37,365 nucleotides of DNA from NCBI GenBank assembly GCA_964581025.1, contig CAZONA010000003.1:1-37365 (forward strand). Reading direction: 5' to 3'. The notes under the pieces were generated by a model, which did not search any database, was not told where the DNA came from, and worked only from the letters and a program-made list of their open reading frames with translations. The stretch is from an uncultured Lachnospiraceae bacterium (GTDB lineage: Bacteria > Bacillota > Clostridia > Oscillospirales > CAG-272). The translations under genes were made by a program, and so were the position numbers. Every line of letters starts with the position of its first letter. Positions within the stretch are counted from its first letter, which is position 1. This document shows positions 8,754 to 17,016 of the stretch, in pieces.

Positions 8754-9575
8754 TCAGCCTTGCGATTTTATCCAATTGTCCGCAAGCTCCACCCAAACGT
8801 GCGCCGGATGGGGCGAATTTTCGGAAATTTCGGGATTTACCTCGTGCGTCGCAAGGGAAAGCCCGTGAACGCCGTGAGGGAACAGACGAAGCTCGTGAGA
8901 GATCCCGCGCTCCTTAAGTGCCTCGGCAAGAATAAGAGAATTTTCAACCGATACGCAGTCGTCATCCTCCGTGTGCCAGATAAACATCGGCGGCGTCGTG
9001 TCGCTAACGTGCTTTTCAAGGCAGAAAAGCTCAAGCATCTCGCCGCTCGGCTGCTCCGTGCCGCAGAAGGCGTAAAGGCTGCCAAGATGCGTGGGACAGG
9101 TACAGCTTACGACGGGATAGCAGAGCACAGCACCGTTCGGCTTGATAATACTTGCATCCGCCGCCTCGGGAAGCAAACGAAGAAGAGCGGGCGAATCGGC
9201 GAGCACGCACGCAGAAAGCGCAAGATGTCCCCCTGCGGAAAATCCGAGTATATAGACCTTCTCGGGATCAATATTGTAGACCTCCGCATTTTCCCTAATA
9301 TGCTTCATAGCAAGCGCCGCCTCGCAAAGCGGACGTAAGCCGCTCGCCATCTCGCCTATCGAATAGCTCAGAACGAATACGTTGTAGCCCCTCGCAAGAA
9401 AAGCCAAGGCCACCGGCTCGTTTTCACGTGTGGAAACGTGCGTGTATCCGCCGCCGGGGCATATAAGCAAGGCACGCCTGCGCTCGCTTGGGATCTCGTC
9501 GTTTACGGCACGTATGTAAGAGGTGAGAAAAGCACTCTCATCCTGCGGAAAAATATAATGCTCCTGTATTTTCAT
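8754..9575 (-). CDS. Alpha/beta-hydrolase (esterase/lipase-type, carbohydrate or acetyl esterase-like)
   Basis: 273-aa ORF with the oxyanion motif PGGGY, the nucleophile elbow GFSAGGH, and late D/H residues (TEDDDCV, PHGVHG). Confidence 0.75.
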   Translation of the reverse strand: MKIQEHYIFPQDESAFLTSYIRAVNDEIPSERRRALLICPGGGYTHVSTRENEPVALAFLARGYNVFVLSYSIGEMASGLRPLCEAALAMKHIRENAEVYNIDPEKVYILGFSAGGHLALSACVLADSPALLRLLPEAADASIIKPNGAVLCYPVVSCTCPTHLGSLYAFCGTEQPSGEMLELFCLEKHVSDTTPPMFIWHTEDDDCVSVENSLILAEALKERGISHELRLFPHGVHGLSLATHEVNPEISENSPHPAHVWVELADNWIKSQG

Positions 9576-9701
9576 TTTTCAATTCTCCCAAAAAGAAATT
9601 TGTTGCTGTGATTATAGCATTTTTCGCCGTGTTTGTCAATAGGTATAGAATTTCGAAAAAGCGTAAATCCTATAATCAAGGCTTTTGAAAGGAGCAAAAA
9701 A

Positions 9702-10145
9702 ATGAACAGAAAAAATAAGGATACCGAGCTTCTGCAGGATATTTATTCAAACGTGAAAATGGGCTCCGAGGCAATAATAAACCTCCTGCCGAGAGTAAAG
9801 GACGACGAGCTCAAGGGGCTCATGACCGCACAGCTCAACCAATACGAAAAATATGCCGAAAACGTCAGGGGCAGACTCACCGCACAGGGAGTCATACCGA
9901 AGGAGGCAAGTGCGATGGCAAAGCTCGGCGCAAGGATCGGAATGGAAATGAAATCAATGCAGGACAGCACCACAAGCCACTTAGCGCAAATGATGGTGCA
10001 GGGCTCTACTATGGACGTTACCGACCTTTTGCAAAGAGTCAGCAGCTGCGAGCAGATCCCCGAATGCTCCGCCGCCGTGTCCCTCGCACGTGAGATAGTT
10101 GCCTTCGAGGAGGGCAATATCGAAACAATGAAGGAATTTTTATAA
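9702..10145 (+). CDS. Hypothetical helical protein (~147 aa, probably a four-helix bundle)
   Basis: I prefer the internal ATG at 9702, preceded by AAAGGAG, over the TTG at 9633 used in the ORF track. I recognise no catalytic motif. Heptad-like helical composition. Confidence 0.5.
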   Translation: MNRKNKDTELLQDIYSNVKMGSEAIINLLPRVKDDELKGLMTAQLNQYEKYAENVRGRLTAQGVIPKEASAMAKLGARIGMEMKSMQDSTTSHLAQMMVQGSTMDVTDLLQRVSSCEQIPECSAAVSLAREIVAFEEGNIETMKEFL

Positions 10146-10163
10146 CAAAATCGAGAATTTTTA

Positions 10164-10192
10164 TTGACAGGGAAACCAAAATATTATATAAT
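10164..10192 (+). promoter_or_regulatory. Sigma-A type promoter for the DUF1858 gene
   Basis: TTGACA (10164-10169), 17-nt spacer, TATAAT (10187-10192). Confidence 0.65.
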
Positions 10193-10228
10193 AACTTATA
10201 TGATATTTAACCGAAGGAGATTTTGAAA

Positions 10229-10429
10229 ATGAAAGTTACCAAGGATTCCATAATAGGCGATATTCTCGACGCATGCCCCGAGACAGCACAGTTCTTCTTT
10301 GAGATCGGTATGCATTGCCTCGGATGCCCCGCATCACGCGGCGAGAGCATCGAGGAGGCTTGTGCGGTTCACGGAACGGACGCACAGCAGCTCGTCGATA
10401 AGATCAACGCCTTCATGGCAGAAAACTGA
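10229..10429 (+). CDS. DUF1858 domain protein (hybrid-cluster-protein-associated redox disulfide type)
   Basis: MKVTKDSIIGDILDACPETAQFFFEIGMHCLGCPASRGESIEEAC... carries the CxxC within the characteristic DUF1858 signature. The ATG at 10229 follows AAGGAGA. Confidence 0.75.
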   Translation: MKVTKDSIIGDILDACPETAQFFFEIGMHCLGCPASRGESIEEACAVHGTDAQQLVDKINAFMAEN

Positions 10430-10448
10430 TCGGAGCTAAGGCACGGAC

Positions 10449-10487
10449 GTGTCAAAAACGGCGGTATACGACCGCCGTTTTTGACAC
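10449..10487 (+). terminator. 16-bp perfect hairpin (terminator-like) after the DUF1858 gene
   Basis: GTGTCAAAAACGGCGG-tatacga-CCGCCGTTTTTGACAC. The U-run is inside the stem rather than after it. Confidence 0.55.
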
Positions 10488-10496
10488 CCGAGTGAA

Positions 10497-11207
10497 ATGT
10501 TGAATATGGATTTGATAAAAATTAATGACCGCCTCCTCGACGCAACGCAGTTCGTAAGAGAGGGAACACGCCTCGCCGATGTCGGAACGGATCACGCATA
10601 TCTGCCGATATATCTTATGCAGACGGGCAAAATACGTGCCGCCGTAGCAACGGATATAAACTGCGGACCTATTGATATAGCAAGTAAAAATATAGCCGAG
10701 CACGGCTATTCCGAAAATATCTCGACCGTGCTCTGCGACGGGCTCTCACACGTTTTGCCGAGCGAGGCGGACGATATCGCAATACTCGGAATGGGCGGAG
10801 AGCTCATAGCGAAAATAATCGAAAATACACCTTGGCTCAGATCCGCCGATAAAAGACTCATACTTCAGCCGATGACTCACCCCGAAAGGCTCAGAGCATA
10901 CCTTTTCGCCTCGGGCTTTCGTACCGTCGGCGAGAGCATAACCGAGGATAGAGGAAGAATATATCAGACTCTTTGCGTGGAATTTGACGGAGCGGTGCGG
11001 CAATGCGGAGCACTTGCCCTCAATTTTGGAAAATTGCTCCTTGCCCGTGGCGATGAGCTTACAATAAAGCAGATGGAGAATATGCGCACACAGCTTGTCC
11101 GCAGACTTGAAAATATGCCGAGCGAGAGTGAATCGGCAATAAGCGATAATAAGCTTTTGAATGAGATAAATACATATTTGGAGGAGCATAAAAATGAACG
11201 TAAATGA
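10497..11207 (+). CDS. trmK: tRNA (adenine22-N1)-methyltransferase TrmK
   Basis: 236-aa ORF. LADVGTDHAYLPIYL and ILGMGGELI motifs, with the typical pairing to a downstream nif3-like gene. The start could instead be the ATG at 10506. Confidence 0.8.
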   Translation: MLNMDLIKINDRLLDATQFVREGTRLADVGTDHAYLPIYLMQTGKIRAAVATDINCGPIDIASKNIAEHGYSENISTVLCDGLSHVLPSEADDIAILGMGGELIAKIIENTPWLRSADKRLILQPMTHPERLRAYLFASGFRTVGESITEDRGRIYQTLCVEFDGAVRQCGALALNFGKLLLARGDELTIKQMENMRTQLVRRLENMPSESESAISDNKLLNEINTYLEEHKNERK

Positions 11208-11961
11208 CCTTTACGCATACCTTGATCAAAGAATACCGAAGGAGCTCTCGTGCCCTTGGGATAACGACGGACTTATGTGCTGTCCCAACGGAGAGCGTGA
11301 GGTACGCCGTGTCCTGCTTTGCCTTGACGTAACGCCCCCGGCGATCGAGCACGCAATAGAGCACGGCTATGACCTCATCGTCTCCCATCACCCCCTCATT
11401 TTTCAGGGACTTAAGACCGTTTCGGGTGAGCTCGGAAGAGGCGGAAGAGTAGTAAAGCTCATAAAGAACGGTATTTCCGTTATGTCCTTCCATACACGCT
11501 TTGACGCCGTGGACGGCGGAGTCAACGACATCCTCGCAGAGATTTTTGAGCTCTCAAATGTCGAAAAAATTGCTTGCGACGGCATCGAAATGATGAGAGT
11601 CGGAACGCTTCCTTGCGAAATGAGCCTCGACGCTTTCGCCGATCTCGTCCGTCAAAGGCTCGGATGCGAGCACCTCAATTATTCGACTGCCTCGGGTAAG
11701 GCTCACAGACTCGCCCTGCTCGGCGGCAGTGGCGGAGATAATATAAGAAACGCCCACCTCGCAGGTGCGGATACCTACCTTTCGGGCGAGCTCGGCTATC
11801 ATAAAATGACCGACTGCGCCGACGACGAGATAAATCTCGTCGAGGCAGGGCATTATTTCACCGAAAGACCTGCACTCGCTCGCCTTTGCGAGCTGATACT
11901 CTCTGCGGATCCGTCCATGGAGTGTGAAATTTTCGAAACCGATCTTATAAAGCACATATAA
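11194..11961 (+). CDS. Nif3-like dinuclear metal centre protein (YqfO/GTP cyclohydrolase 1 type 2 homologue)
   Basis: 255-aa ORF. DLIVSHHPLIF, SFHTRFD and EAGHYFTE motifs. Strong RBS GGAGGAG. Overlaps the end of trmK by 14 nt. Confidence 0.85.
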   Translation: MNVNDLYAYLDQRIPKELSCPWDNDGLMCCPNGEREVRRVLLCLDVTPPAIEHAIEHGYDLIVSHHPLIFQGLKTVSGELGRGGRVVKLIKNGISVMSFHTRFDAVDGGVNDILAEIFELSNVEKIACDGIEMMRVGTLPCEMSLDAFADLVRQRLGCEHLNYSTASGKAHRLALLGGSGGDNIRNAHLAGADTYLSGELGYHKMTDCADDEINLVEAGHYFTERPALARLCELILSADPSMECEIFETDLIKHI

Positions 11962-11973
11962 CGGAGGGAAATT

Positions 11974-12663
11974 ATGACATACGTAGTATCAAACCTTTAC
12001 GGAAGACACGATAAATTTGAAAAGCTGCTCTCGAAAATCCGCTTCGGCGACAGAGATATCATGTACGTGCTCGGAAATATAGTCGATCACGGCGAGGAGT
12101 CCGTACAGCTCGTGGAAGACCTCAGTATGCGAGTAAACGTCTACTGCGTCCTCGGAGAGCACGATTACAGAGCATATCTTATGCTCAGCGAATTTGACAG
12201 AATTCTTCGGGAGGGCGGCGCACCCACACCCGACTTCGCCGCTGAAATGATAAAATGGGCACAGAACGGCGGTCAGCCGACGCTTGAAGCGTTCAAGAGT
12301 GCCGATGCGGATACAAGAGAGGGATTTCTCGAATTTCTCTCCGACCTTCCCGTATTCGAGGAGGCGGAGGCAGGCGGCAGGGAATACGTCCTCACCTGCC
12401 GGGGAATTAAGGACTTTTTCGCAAATAAGGATCTGTACGATTACGAGCTTGATGCGTTCCTCGACGCCCATATCGACCTCGAGCGTGAGTACTATTCGGA
12501 CAAAACCACCGTCGTCGGCTATCTCGATTACGAGCACACCCCGGCAGGACGTGCAGGCAAGGTAAACCGTGCGAAAAACAACATCGCCCTTGCGTGCGAT
12601 ATGAGCGAAAACGAGGACGCAGTCTGCGTCTGCCTTGAAACAAATGAAGAATATTACGTCTGA
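11974..12663 (+). CDS. Metallophosphoesterase-fold protein with degenerate metal-binding motifs (likely pseudo-phosphatase)
   Basis: 229-aa ORF with RBS GGAGGG. The layout matches PPP/ApaH-type phosphoesterases, but the motifs read SNLYG (canonical DxHG), GNIVDHG (canonical GDxxDRG) and GEHD (canonical GNHE). Confidence 0.6.
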   Translation: MTYVVSNLYGRHDKFEKLLSKIRFGDRDIMYVLGNIVDHGEESVQLVEDLSMRVNVYCVLGEHDYRAYLMLSEFDRILREGGAPTPDFAAEMIKWAQNGGQPTLEAFKSADADTREGFLEFLSDLPVFEEAEAGGREYVLTCRGIKDFFANKDLYDYELDAFLDAHIDLEREYYSDKTTVVGYLDYEHTPAGRAGKVNRAKNNIALACDMSENEDAVCVCLETNEEYYV

Positions 12664-14044
12664 AATAAAGAAAAACGATATCCTCGGCCTTGATATTTCC
12701 GATATGAATAACCTCGGCGCAGGCGTTTCCCATCTCCCCGACGGGAGAGTGGTGTTCGTCGGCGGTGCGGTGATCGGCGACACGGTGCGTGCGAAAATAA
12801 TAAAGCTCAACTCCACCTACGCCGTAGCACGAACCGAGGAAATACTCAAGTCCTCTCCCCACCGATCCGATAGGGAAATATGCACAGCTCCGCAATCGTG
12901 CGGAGGGTGCGTCTATCGATCATTGAGCTACGAATACGAAAAAAGCCTTAAGGAAAATTACGTAAAGCACGCCTTTATCAAGGCAGGCTTGCCCGACGTT
13001 CAAATCAACCCCGTCAGATCTACAGAAAGATTCGAGGGCTACAGAAATAAAGCGCAGTACCCCTTTGCAATGACCAAAAACGGCGTCGTTGCAGGCTTTT
13101 ACGCCGCCAAAACCCATAATGTCGTCCCGGCATTCGATTGTGCACTCCAGCCCGAGATATTCGGAAAAATACTTTGGGAGATCTGCCACCTCGCAAACGA
13201 GTATAAGCTCGACGTCTACGACGAAACCACGGGCAAAGGACTTCTGCGCCACCTCTATTTGAGGATCGCACAGGGAACGGGGCAGATAATGCTCTGCATC
13301 GTCATCAACGGCAGATCCATACCGCACGAAAATGAGCTTACAAGCCGTATTCGCAAGAGCTTTCCCGAGATAGCAAGTATACAGCTCAATATAAATACGG
13401 AGCGTACCAACGTCGTTCTCGGCAAGGAATATAAGCTCCTCTTCGGCGAGCGTTATATAGAGGACGTCCTATGCGGAAAACGCTTCAGAATAACCCCCGA
13501 GTCCTTCTATCAGGTAAATCACGACGGCGCACAGCTCCTCTATTCTCTTGCACGTGAAAAGGCGCTTGCAAATGTGCAGGGTAGCGTCAAGCTCGTCGAT
13601 ATGTACTGCGGAACGGGCACTATCGGACTCTCGATGGCGGATGCGATATCGGAGCTTGTGGGAATCGAGATAGTAGAGGGAGCAGTGGCTTGCGCACGTG
13701 AAAACGCCAAAATCAACGGCATAGAAAATGCGGAATTTTACGCTTCCGATGCGGTAAATATTGATAAAATATTCTCCGCAGTGGAAAATAAGCACGGCAA
13801 GCTCAACCCCGACGTCGTGATATTGGATCCCCCGAGAAAGGGCTGTAGCCGAGAGGTGATCGAATTTCTCGCAAGCAGAGATATCCCCCGTGTCGTCTAC
13901 GTTTCCTGCGATCCCGATACACTCGCAAGGGATTGTAAGCTCTTTTCAACCCTCGGCTATGACATCGGTAACGTCGATCCCGTCGATATGTTCCCACGAA
14001 CGGGGCATGTCGAATCCGTCGTTCTACTGACAAGAAAAAAATGA
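12644..14044 (+). CDS. 23S rRNA (uracil-C5)-methyltransferase, RumA/RlmD family, with N-terminal TRAM domain
   Basis: TRAM region (ISDMNNLGAGVSHLPDGRVVFVGGAVIGD), a Cys cluster (CTAPQSCGGCVYRS), the SAM motif DMYCGTGTIG, and DPPRKG plus the catalytic SCDP near the C-terminus. I prefer the ATG at 12644 over the TTG at 12635. Confidence 0.85.
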   Translation: MKNITSEIKKNDILGLDISDMNNLGAGVSHLPDGRVVFVGGAVIGDTVRAKIIKLNSTYAVARTEEILKSSPHRSDREICTAPQSCGGCVYRSLSYEYEKSLKENYVKHAFIKAGLPDVQINPVRSTERFEGYRNKAQYPFAMTKNGVVAGFYAAKTHNVVPAFDCALQPEIFGKILWEICHLANEYKLDVYDETTGKGLLRHLYLRIAQGTGQIMLCIVINGRSIPHENELTSRIRKSFPEIASIQLNINTERTNVVLGKEYKLLFGERYIEDVLCGKRFRITPESFYQVNHDGAQLLYSLAREKALANVQGSVKLVDMYCGTGTIGLSMADAISELVGIEIVEGAVACARENAKINGIENAEFYASDAVNIDKIFSAVENKHGKLNPDVVILDPPRKGCSREVIEFLASRDIPRVVYVSCDPDTLARDCKLFSTLGYDIGNVDPVDMFPRTGHVESVVLLTRKK

Positions 14045-14052
14045 GGTGAAAT

Positions 14053-14859
14053 ATGTCAACATATATGCTTTTCTTTATAATAATAGCGTTTCTGTTTATG
14101 GTGTTTTCGATGCTCGGATGGGTAGTCGAGCTGTTTTTCAGACGCTTTATTTCAATGAAAAAATGGATAAACCCCGGCTTTCTCCGAGGTCCGTACCTGC
14201 CCATATACGGCACGGGCGTGGTGTGCCTGTTCATATTCGTACATATTATGAAGCTTTTCGAGCAGTATTTCCCGACGAAATGGCTGTTCGATATCGTGGT
14301 TGCACTCGGAATCGGCGGACTGATGACGCTCATCGAGCTTATCGGCGGTCTGATTTTCATAAGAGGTATGAAGGTGCGACTTTGGGATTATTCGACGAGA
14401 TGGGGAAACTATAAGGGCATCATCTGTCCGCTGTTTTCAGCAATTTGGACGGTTGCCGGCGCACTTTTCTATCTCTTGCTCTTCGATCCCATAAATTCGC
14501 TCGTAAACAGATTCATACAGCTCCATTGGCTCATCATCGCCGTCTTTCTTATGGGTATGTTCTACGGAATATTCGTCCTCGACCTCATAGATTCGATCCA
14601 GCTTGTGAAGAAGGTCGAAAAATTCGCAAAGGAGATCCATGCGATCATCAGCTACGACGCACTCAAGGCGCAGATCAAGGACGAGCTCAAGCGTGAGCGT
14701 ATCAAAACCAACCTCCTCTCGCCCTTCGCCTCGCCCCACGGCATACTCGATCACCTGAAGCACTATTCCGACTCCGAGGAATTTCGGAGCGTTGAGCAAA
14801 GGCTTGCGGAAAGAAAGAATAAGCTCCGCGAGAAAAAGAGTAACAGGAAAAGCAAGTAG
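14053..14859 (+). CDS. Polytopic membrane protein (putative 'ABC-transporter type IV'/CmpB-like, PF06541-like) with a charged C-terminal tail
   Basis: 268-aa ORF with RBS GAGGTGA. The LGWVVE...FRRF signature is near the N-terminus. About 6 TM segments, followed by a Lys/Glu-rich tail. Confidence 0.55.
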   Translation: MSTYMLFFIIIAFLFMVFSMLGWVVELFFRRFISMKKWINPGFLRGPYLPIYGTGVVCLFIFVHIMKLFEQYFPTKWLFDIVVALGIGGLMTLIELIGGLIFIRGMKVRLWDYSTRWGNYKGIICPLFSAIWTVAGALFYLLLFDPINSLVNRFIQLHWLIIAVFLMGMFYGIFVLDLIDSIQLVKKVEKFAKEIHAIISYDALKAQIKDELKRERIKTNLLSPFASPHGILDHLKHYSDSEEFRSVEQRLAERKNKLREKKSNRKSK

Positions 14860-14985
14860 GGAAGCTGTATACAAAAAATATGCATATATTACCGCTTGCG
14901 TCCGCAAGCGATATAATAAATCCAATCAACGCAACGCCCCCGACAGCCTTACGGCGTGCGGAGCACGACATTTTGAAAAAAACAT

Positions 14986-15014
14986 TTGACAAATGCATAA
15001 AAGTGTGATATAAT
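14986..15014 (+). promoter_or_regulatory. Sigma-A promoter with extended -10 for the 15123 gene
   Basis: TTGACA (14986-14991), 17-nt spacer ending in TGa, TATAAT (15009-15014). Confidence 0.7.
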
Positions 15015-15122
15015 CACAATGCTTGCAGGAATTCTGCATTCGGAGCGTATTAATATTCATTTTTTATGAATATTGATCTTGACTAAAGAGTGCCAGCACT
15101 CGCAAAGAACGGAGATATATCA

Positions 15123-16007
15123 ATGTCTGAAACTAAAAGAAAGCGTCGCATAGGCGATCGCAAGGAGGGCAGAAAGCTCAGATCCATCGATCCGATCATC
15201 AGAGTAATGCCCTATATTATGCCCAGAAGAAGTGATTCGCAAAATTTCTTTACCGAAAAGCTCGAGATAGCCGAGGCGGAAAAATTCTGCCGTGAGCAGA
15301 TCAGATCCGGAAGAAAGAATTTTTCGATCCTGCACGTTATCATCGCATCCTATGTTCGCGTCGTATCACAGCGACCTGCGATCAACCGCTTCGTCAGCGG
15401 TCAGACCATCTATGCGAGAAATAACATCCAGGTGCTTATGACCATCAAAAAGAAGATGGCTCTTGACGGAGAGGAGGCGTGCATAAAGGTAGAATTCGAG
15501 CCCACGGATACCGTCTACGACGTTTACGAAAAATTCAATAAGGCGGTCGAGGAGAATAGGGAGGAATCCAGCTCCAACGGTGCGGATAAATTCGCTAAGG
15601 TGCTTAATTACGTCCCCCGCTTCCTTATGAGATTTTTCATTTGGCTCGTTAAAAAGCTCGACTACTACGGCATACTTCCGAAATTCATCCTCGATCTTTC
15701 GCCCTTCCACGGCTCTATGATAATCACCTCGATGGGCTCGCTCGGAATACGCCCCATCTACCACCACATATACGACTTCGGAAACCTTCCGGTGTTCGTG
15801 GCATACGGTGCTAAGCAGCACGGCGTAAAGATGGACGACGACGGAAACGTCAGAAAGTACAGATACATAGAAATGAAGGTTACGACGGATGAGAGAATCT
15901 GCGACGGATACTATTACGCATCCTCGTTTAAGATGATGAAGAAGATTTTCGAAAATCCGAAGGTCCTCGAAACTCCGCCGGAACAGGTCATCGAGGATAT
16001 CGACTGA
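15123..16007 (+). CDS. Stand-alone 2-oxoacid dehydrogenase E2-type acyltransferase catalytic domain (CAT-like fold) with a variant active-site motif
   Basis: The ATG at 15123 follows ACGGAGA. Basic N-terminus (KRKRRIGDRKEGRK) with no lipoyl or PSBD domain. The C-terminal motif is DERICDGYYYASSF, where E2 enzymes have DHRxxDG. Confidence 0.6.
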   Translation: MSETKRKRRIGDRKEGRKLRSIDPIIRVMPYIMPRRSDSQNFFTEKLEIAEAEKFCREQIRSGRKNFSILHVIIASYVRVVSQRPAINRFVSGQTIYARNNIQVLMTIKKKMALDGEEACIKVEFEPTDTVYDVYEKFNKAVEENREESSSNGADKFAKVLNYVPRFLMRFFIWLVKKLDYYGILPKFILDLSPFHGSMIITSMGSLGIRPIYHHIYDFGNLPVFVAYGAKQHGVKMDDDGNVRKYRYIEMKVTTDERICDGYYYASSFKMMKKIFENPKVLETPPEQVIEDID

Positions 16008-16009
16008 AT

Positions 16010-16037
16010 AAAAAAAGCAGGCTCGCCTGCTTTTTTT
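16010..16037 (+). terminator. Rho-independent terminator
   Basis: GCAGG-ctcg-CCTGC flanked by A7 and T7. It starts 3 nt after the stop. Confidence 0.8.
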
Positions 16038-16074
16038 ATTGCATATATTTACCTTCTGCGGACAAAGAAAAATC

Positions 16075-16105
16075 TGAATAAATCAGCACCCATAAAGTCA
16101 ATACT
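16075..16105 (+). promoter_or_regulatory. Possible forespore (SigF/SigG-type) promoter of sigG
   Basis: TGAATA (16075-16080), 18-nt spacer, CAATACT (16099-16105). This resembles the GHATR...CATnnTA forespore consensus. It is a weak match made by eye only. Confidence 0.3.
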
Positions 16106-16154
16106 TTTCATAAGATAAGCCTGTGAAAAGCAGACGGATAGACGAGGGGTGCTT

Positions 16155-16928
16155 ATGTATTATAATAAAGTGGAGATCTGCGGCGTCAATACGTCCAAGC
16201 TGTCAGTACTGAGCGACGAACGAAAAAGGGAATTGCTCGAGCGTGTCAAGGATGGTGATGCGGACGCACGAGAGGAGCTTATAAAAGGGAATCTGCGCCT
16301 TGTGCTCAGTATAATCCAACGGTTTTCGGGCAGAGGAGAAAACGCCGACGACCTTTTTCAGGTCGGATGCGTCGGTCTTATAAAGGCGATAGATAATTTC
16401 AACCTCGAGCTCGAGGTCAAATTTTCAACCTACGCCGTCCCGATGATAATAGGCGAGATAAGGCGTTACCTTCGTGATAATACCTCGATCAGAATCAGCC
16501 GCTCTCTGCGAGACCTCGCCTACCACGCCCTGAGCGTCCGAGAGGAGCTGACACGGGATAACGAAAATGAACCCACAGCCCTGCAAATAGCCGAAAAAAT
16601 GGGGGAAAGCAAGGAAGCGGTTGCATCTGCAATGGAAGCGATAGTCGCCCCAATATCGCTCTACGAGCCCGTCTATACGGATAACGGCGACTCGATATAT
16701 GTCATAGACCAGCTCAGCGACGCAAGCTCCGGAGACGAAAAATGGCTTGAAAGCATAGCCCTCCGAGAAGCGATGCGTGTCCTCGGCACACGGGAGCGGA
16801 AAATAATAAATATGAGATTTTACGAAAACAGAACGCAGGTCGAGGTTGCAAAGAAAATAGGCATATCGCAAGCGCAGGTCTCAAGGCTCGAAAAGGCGGC
16901 GCTCGAAAAGCTCCGAGGTCAATTTTAG
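16155..16928 (+). CDS. sigG: Sporulation sigma factor SigG
   Basis: NKVEICGVNTSKLSVL...GNLRLVLSIIQRF...DDLFQVGCVGLIKAIDNF...KFSTYAVPMIIGEIRRYLRDN...GISQAQVSRLEKAAL is near-identical in its hallmark blocks to Bacillus subtilis SigG as I recall it. The ATG at 16155 follows GAGGGG. Confidence 0.9.
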   Translation: MYYNKVEICGVNTSKLSVLSDERKRELLERVKDGDADAREELIKGNLRLVLSIIQRFSGRGENADDLFQVGCVGLIKAIDNFNLELEVKFSTYAVPMIIGEIRRYLRDNTSIRISRSLRDLAYHALSVREELTRDNENEPTALQIAEKMGESKEAVASAMEAIVAPISLYEPVYTDNGDSIYVIDQLSDASSGDEKWLESIALREAMRVLGTRERKIINMRFYENRTQVEVAKKIGISQAQVSRLEKAALEKLRGQF

Positions 16929-16967
16929 ATGCGTGTTGTCAAAGTGCCGCCTTTTGCATAGTATATT

Positions 16968-17003
16968 AAGGAAGAGACGAATTTCTCTTCCTTATCATTT
17001 TTT
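16968..17003 (+). terminator. Rho-independent terminator of sigG
   Basis: AAGGAAGAGA-cgaatt-TCTCTTCCTT (10-bp perfect stem) followed by ATCATTTTTT. Confidence 0.7.
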
Positions 17004-17016
17004 CGGAGGTAAAATT

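Noticed and set aside
14891-14912. Hairpin CGCTTGCG-tc-CGCAAGCG after the 14053-14859 membrane-protein gene, considered as a terminator.
   Set aside because: The loop is too small, so the effective stem is only 6 bp, and no U-tract follows. It is left unannotated.
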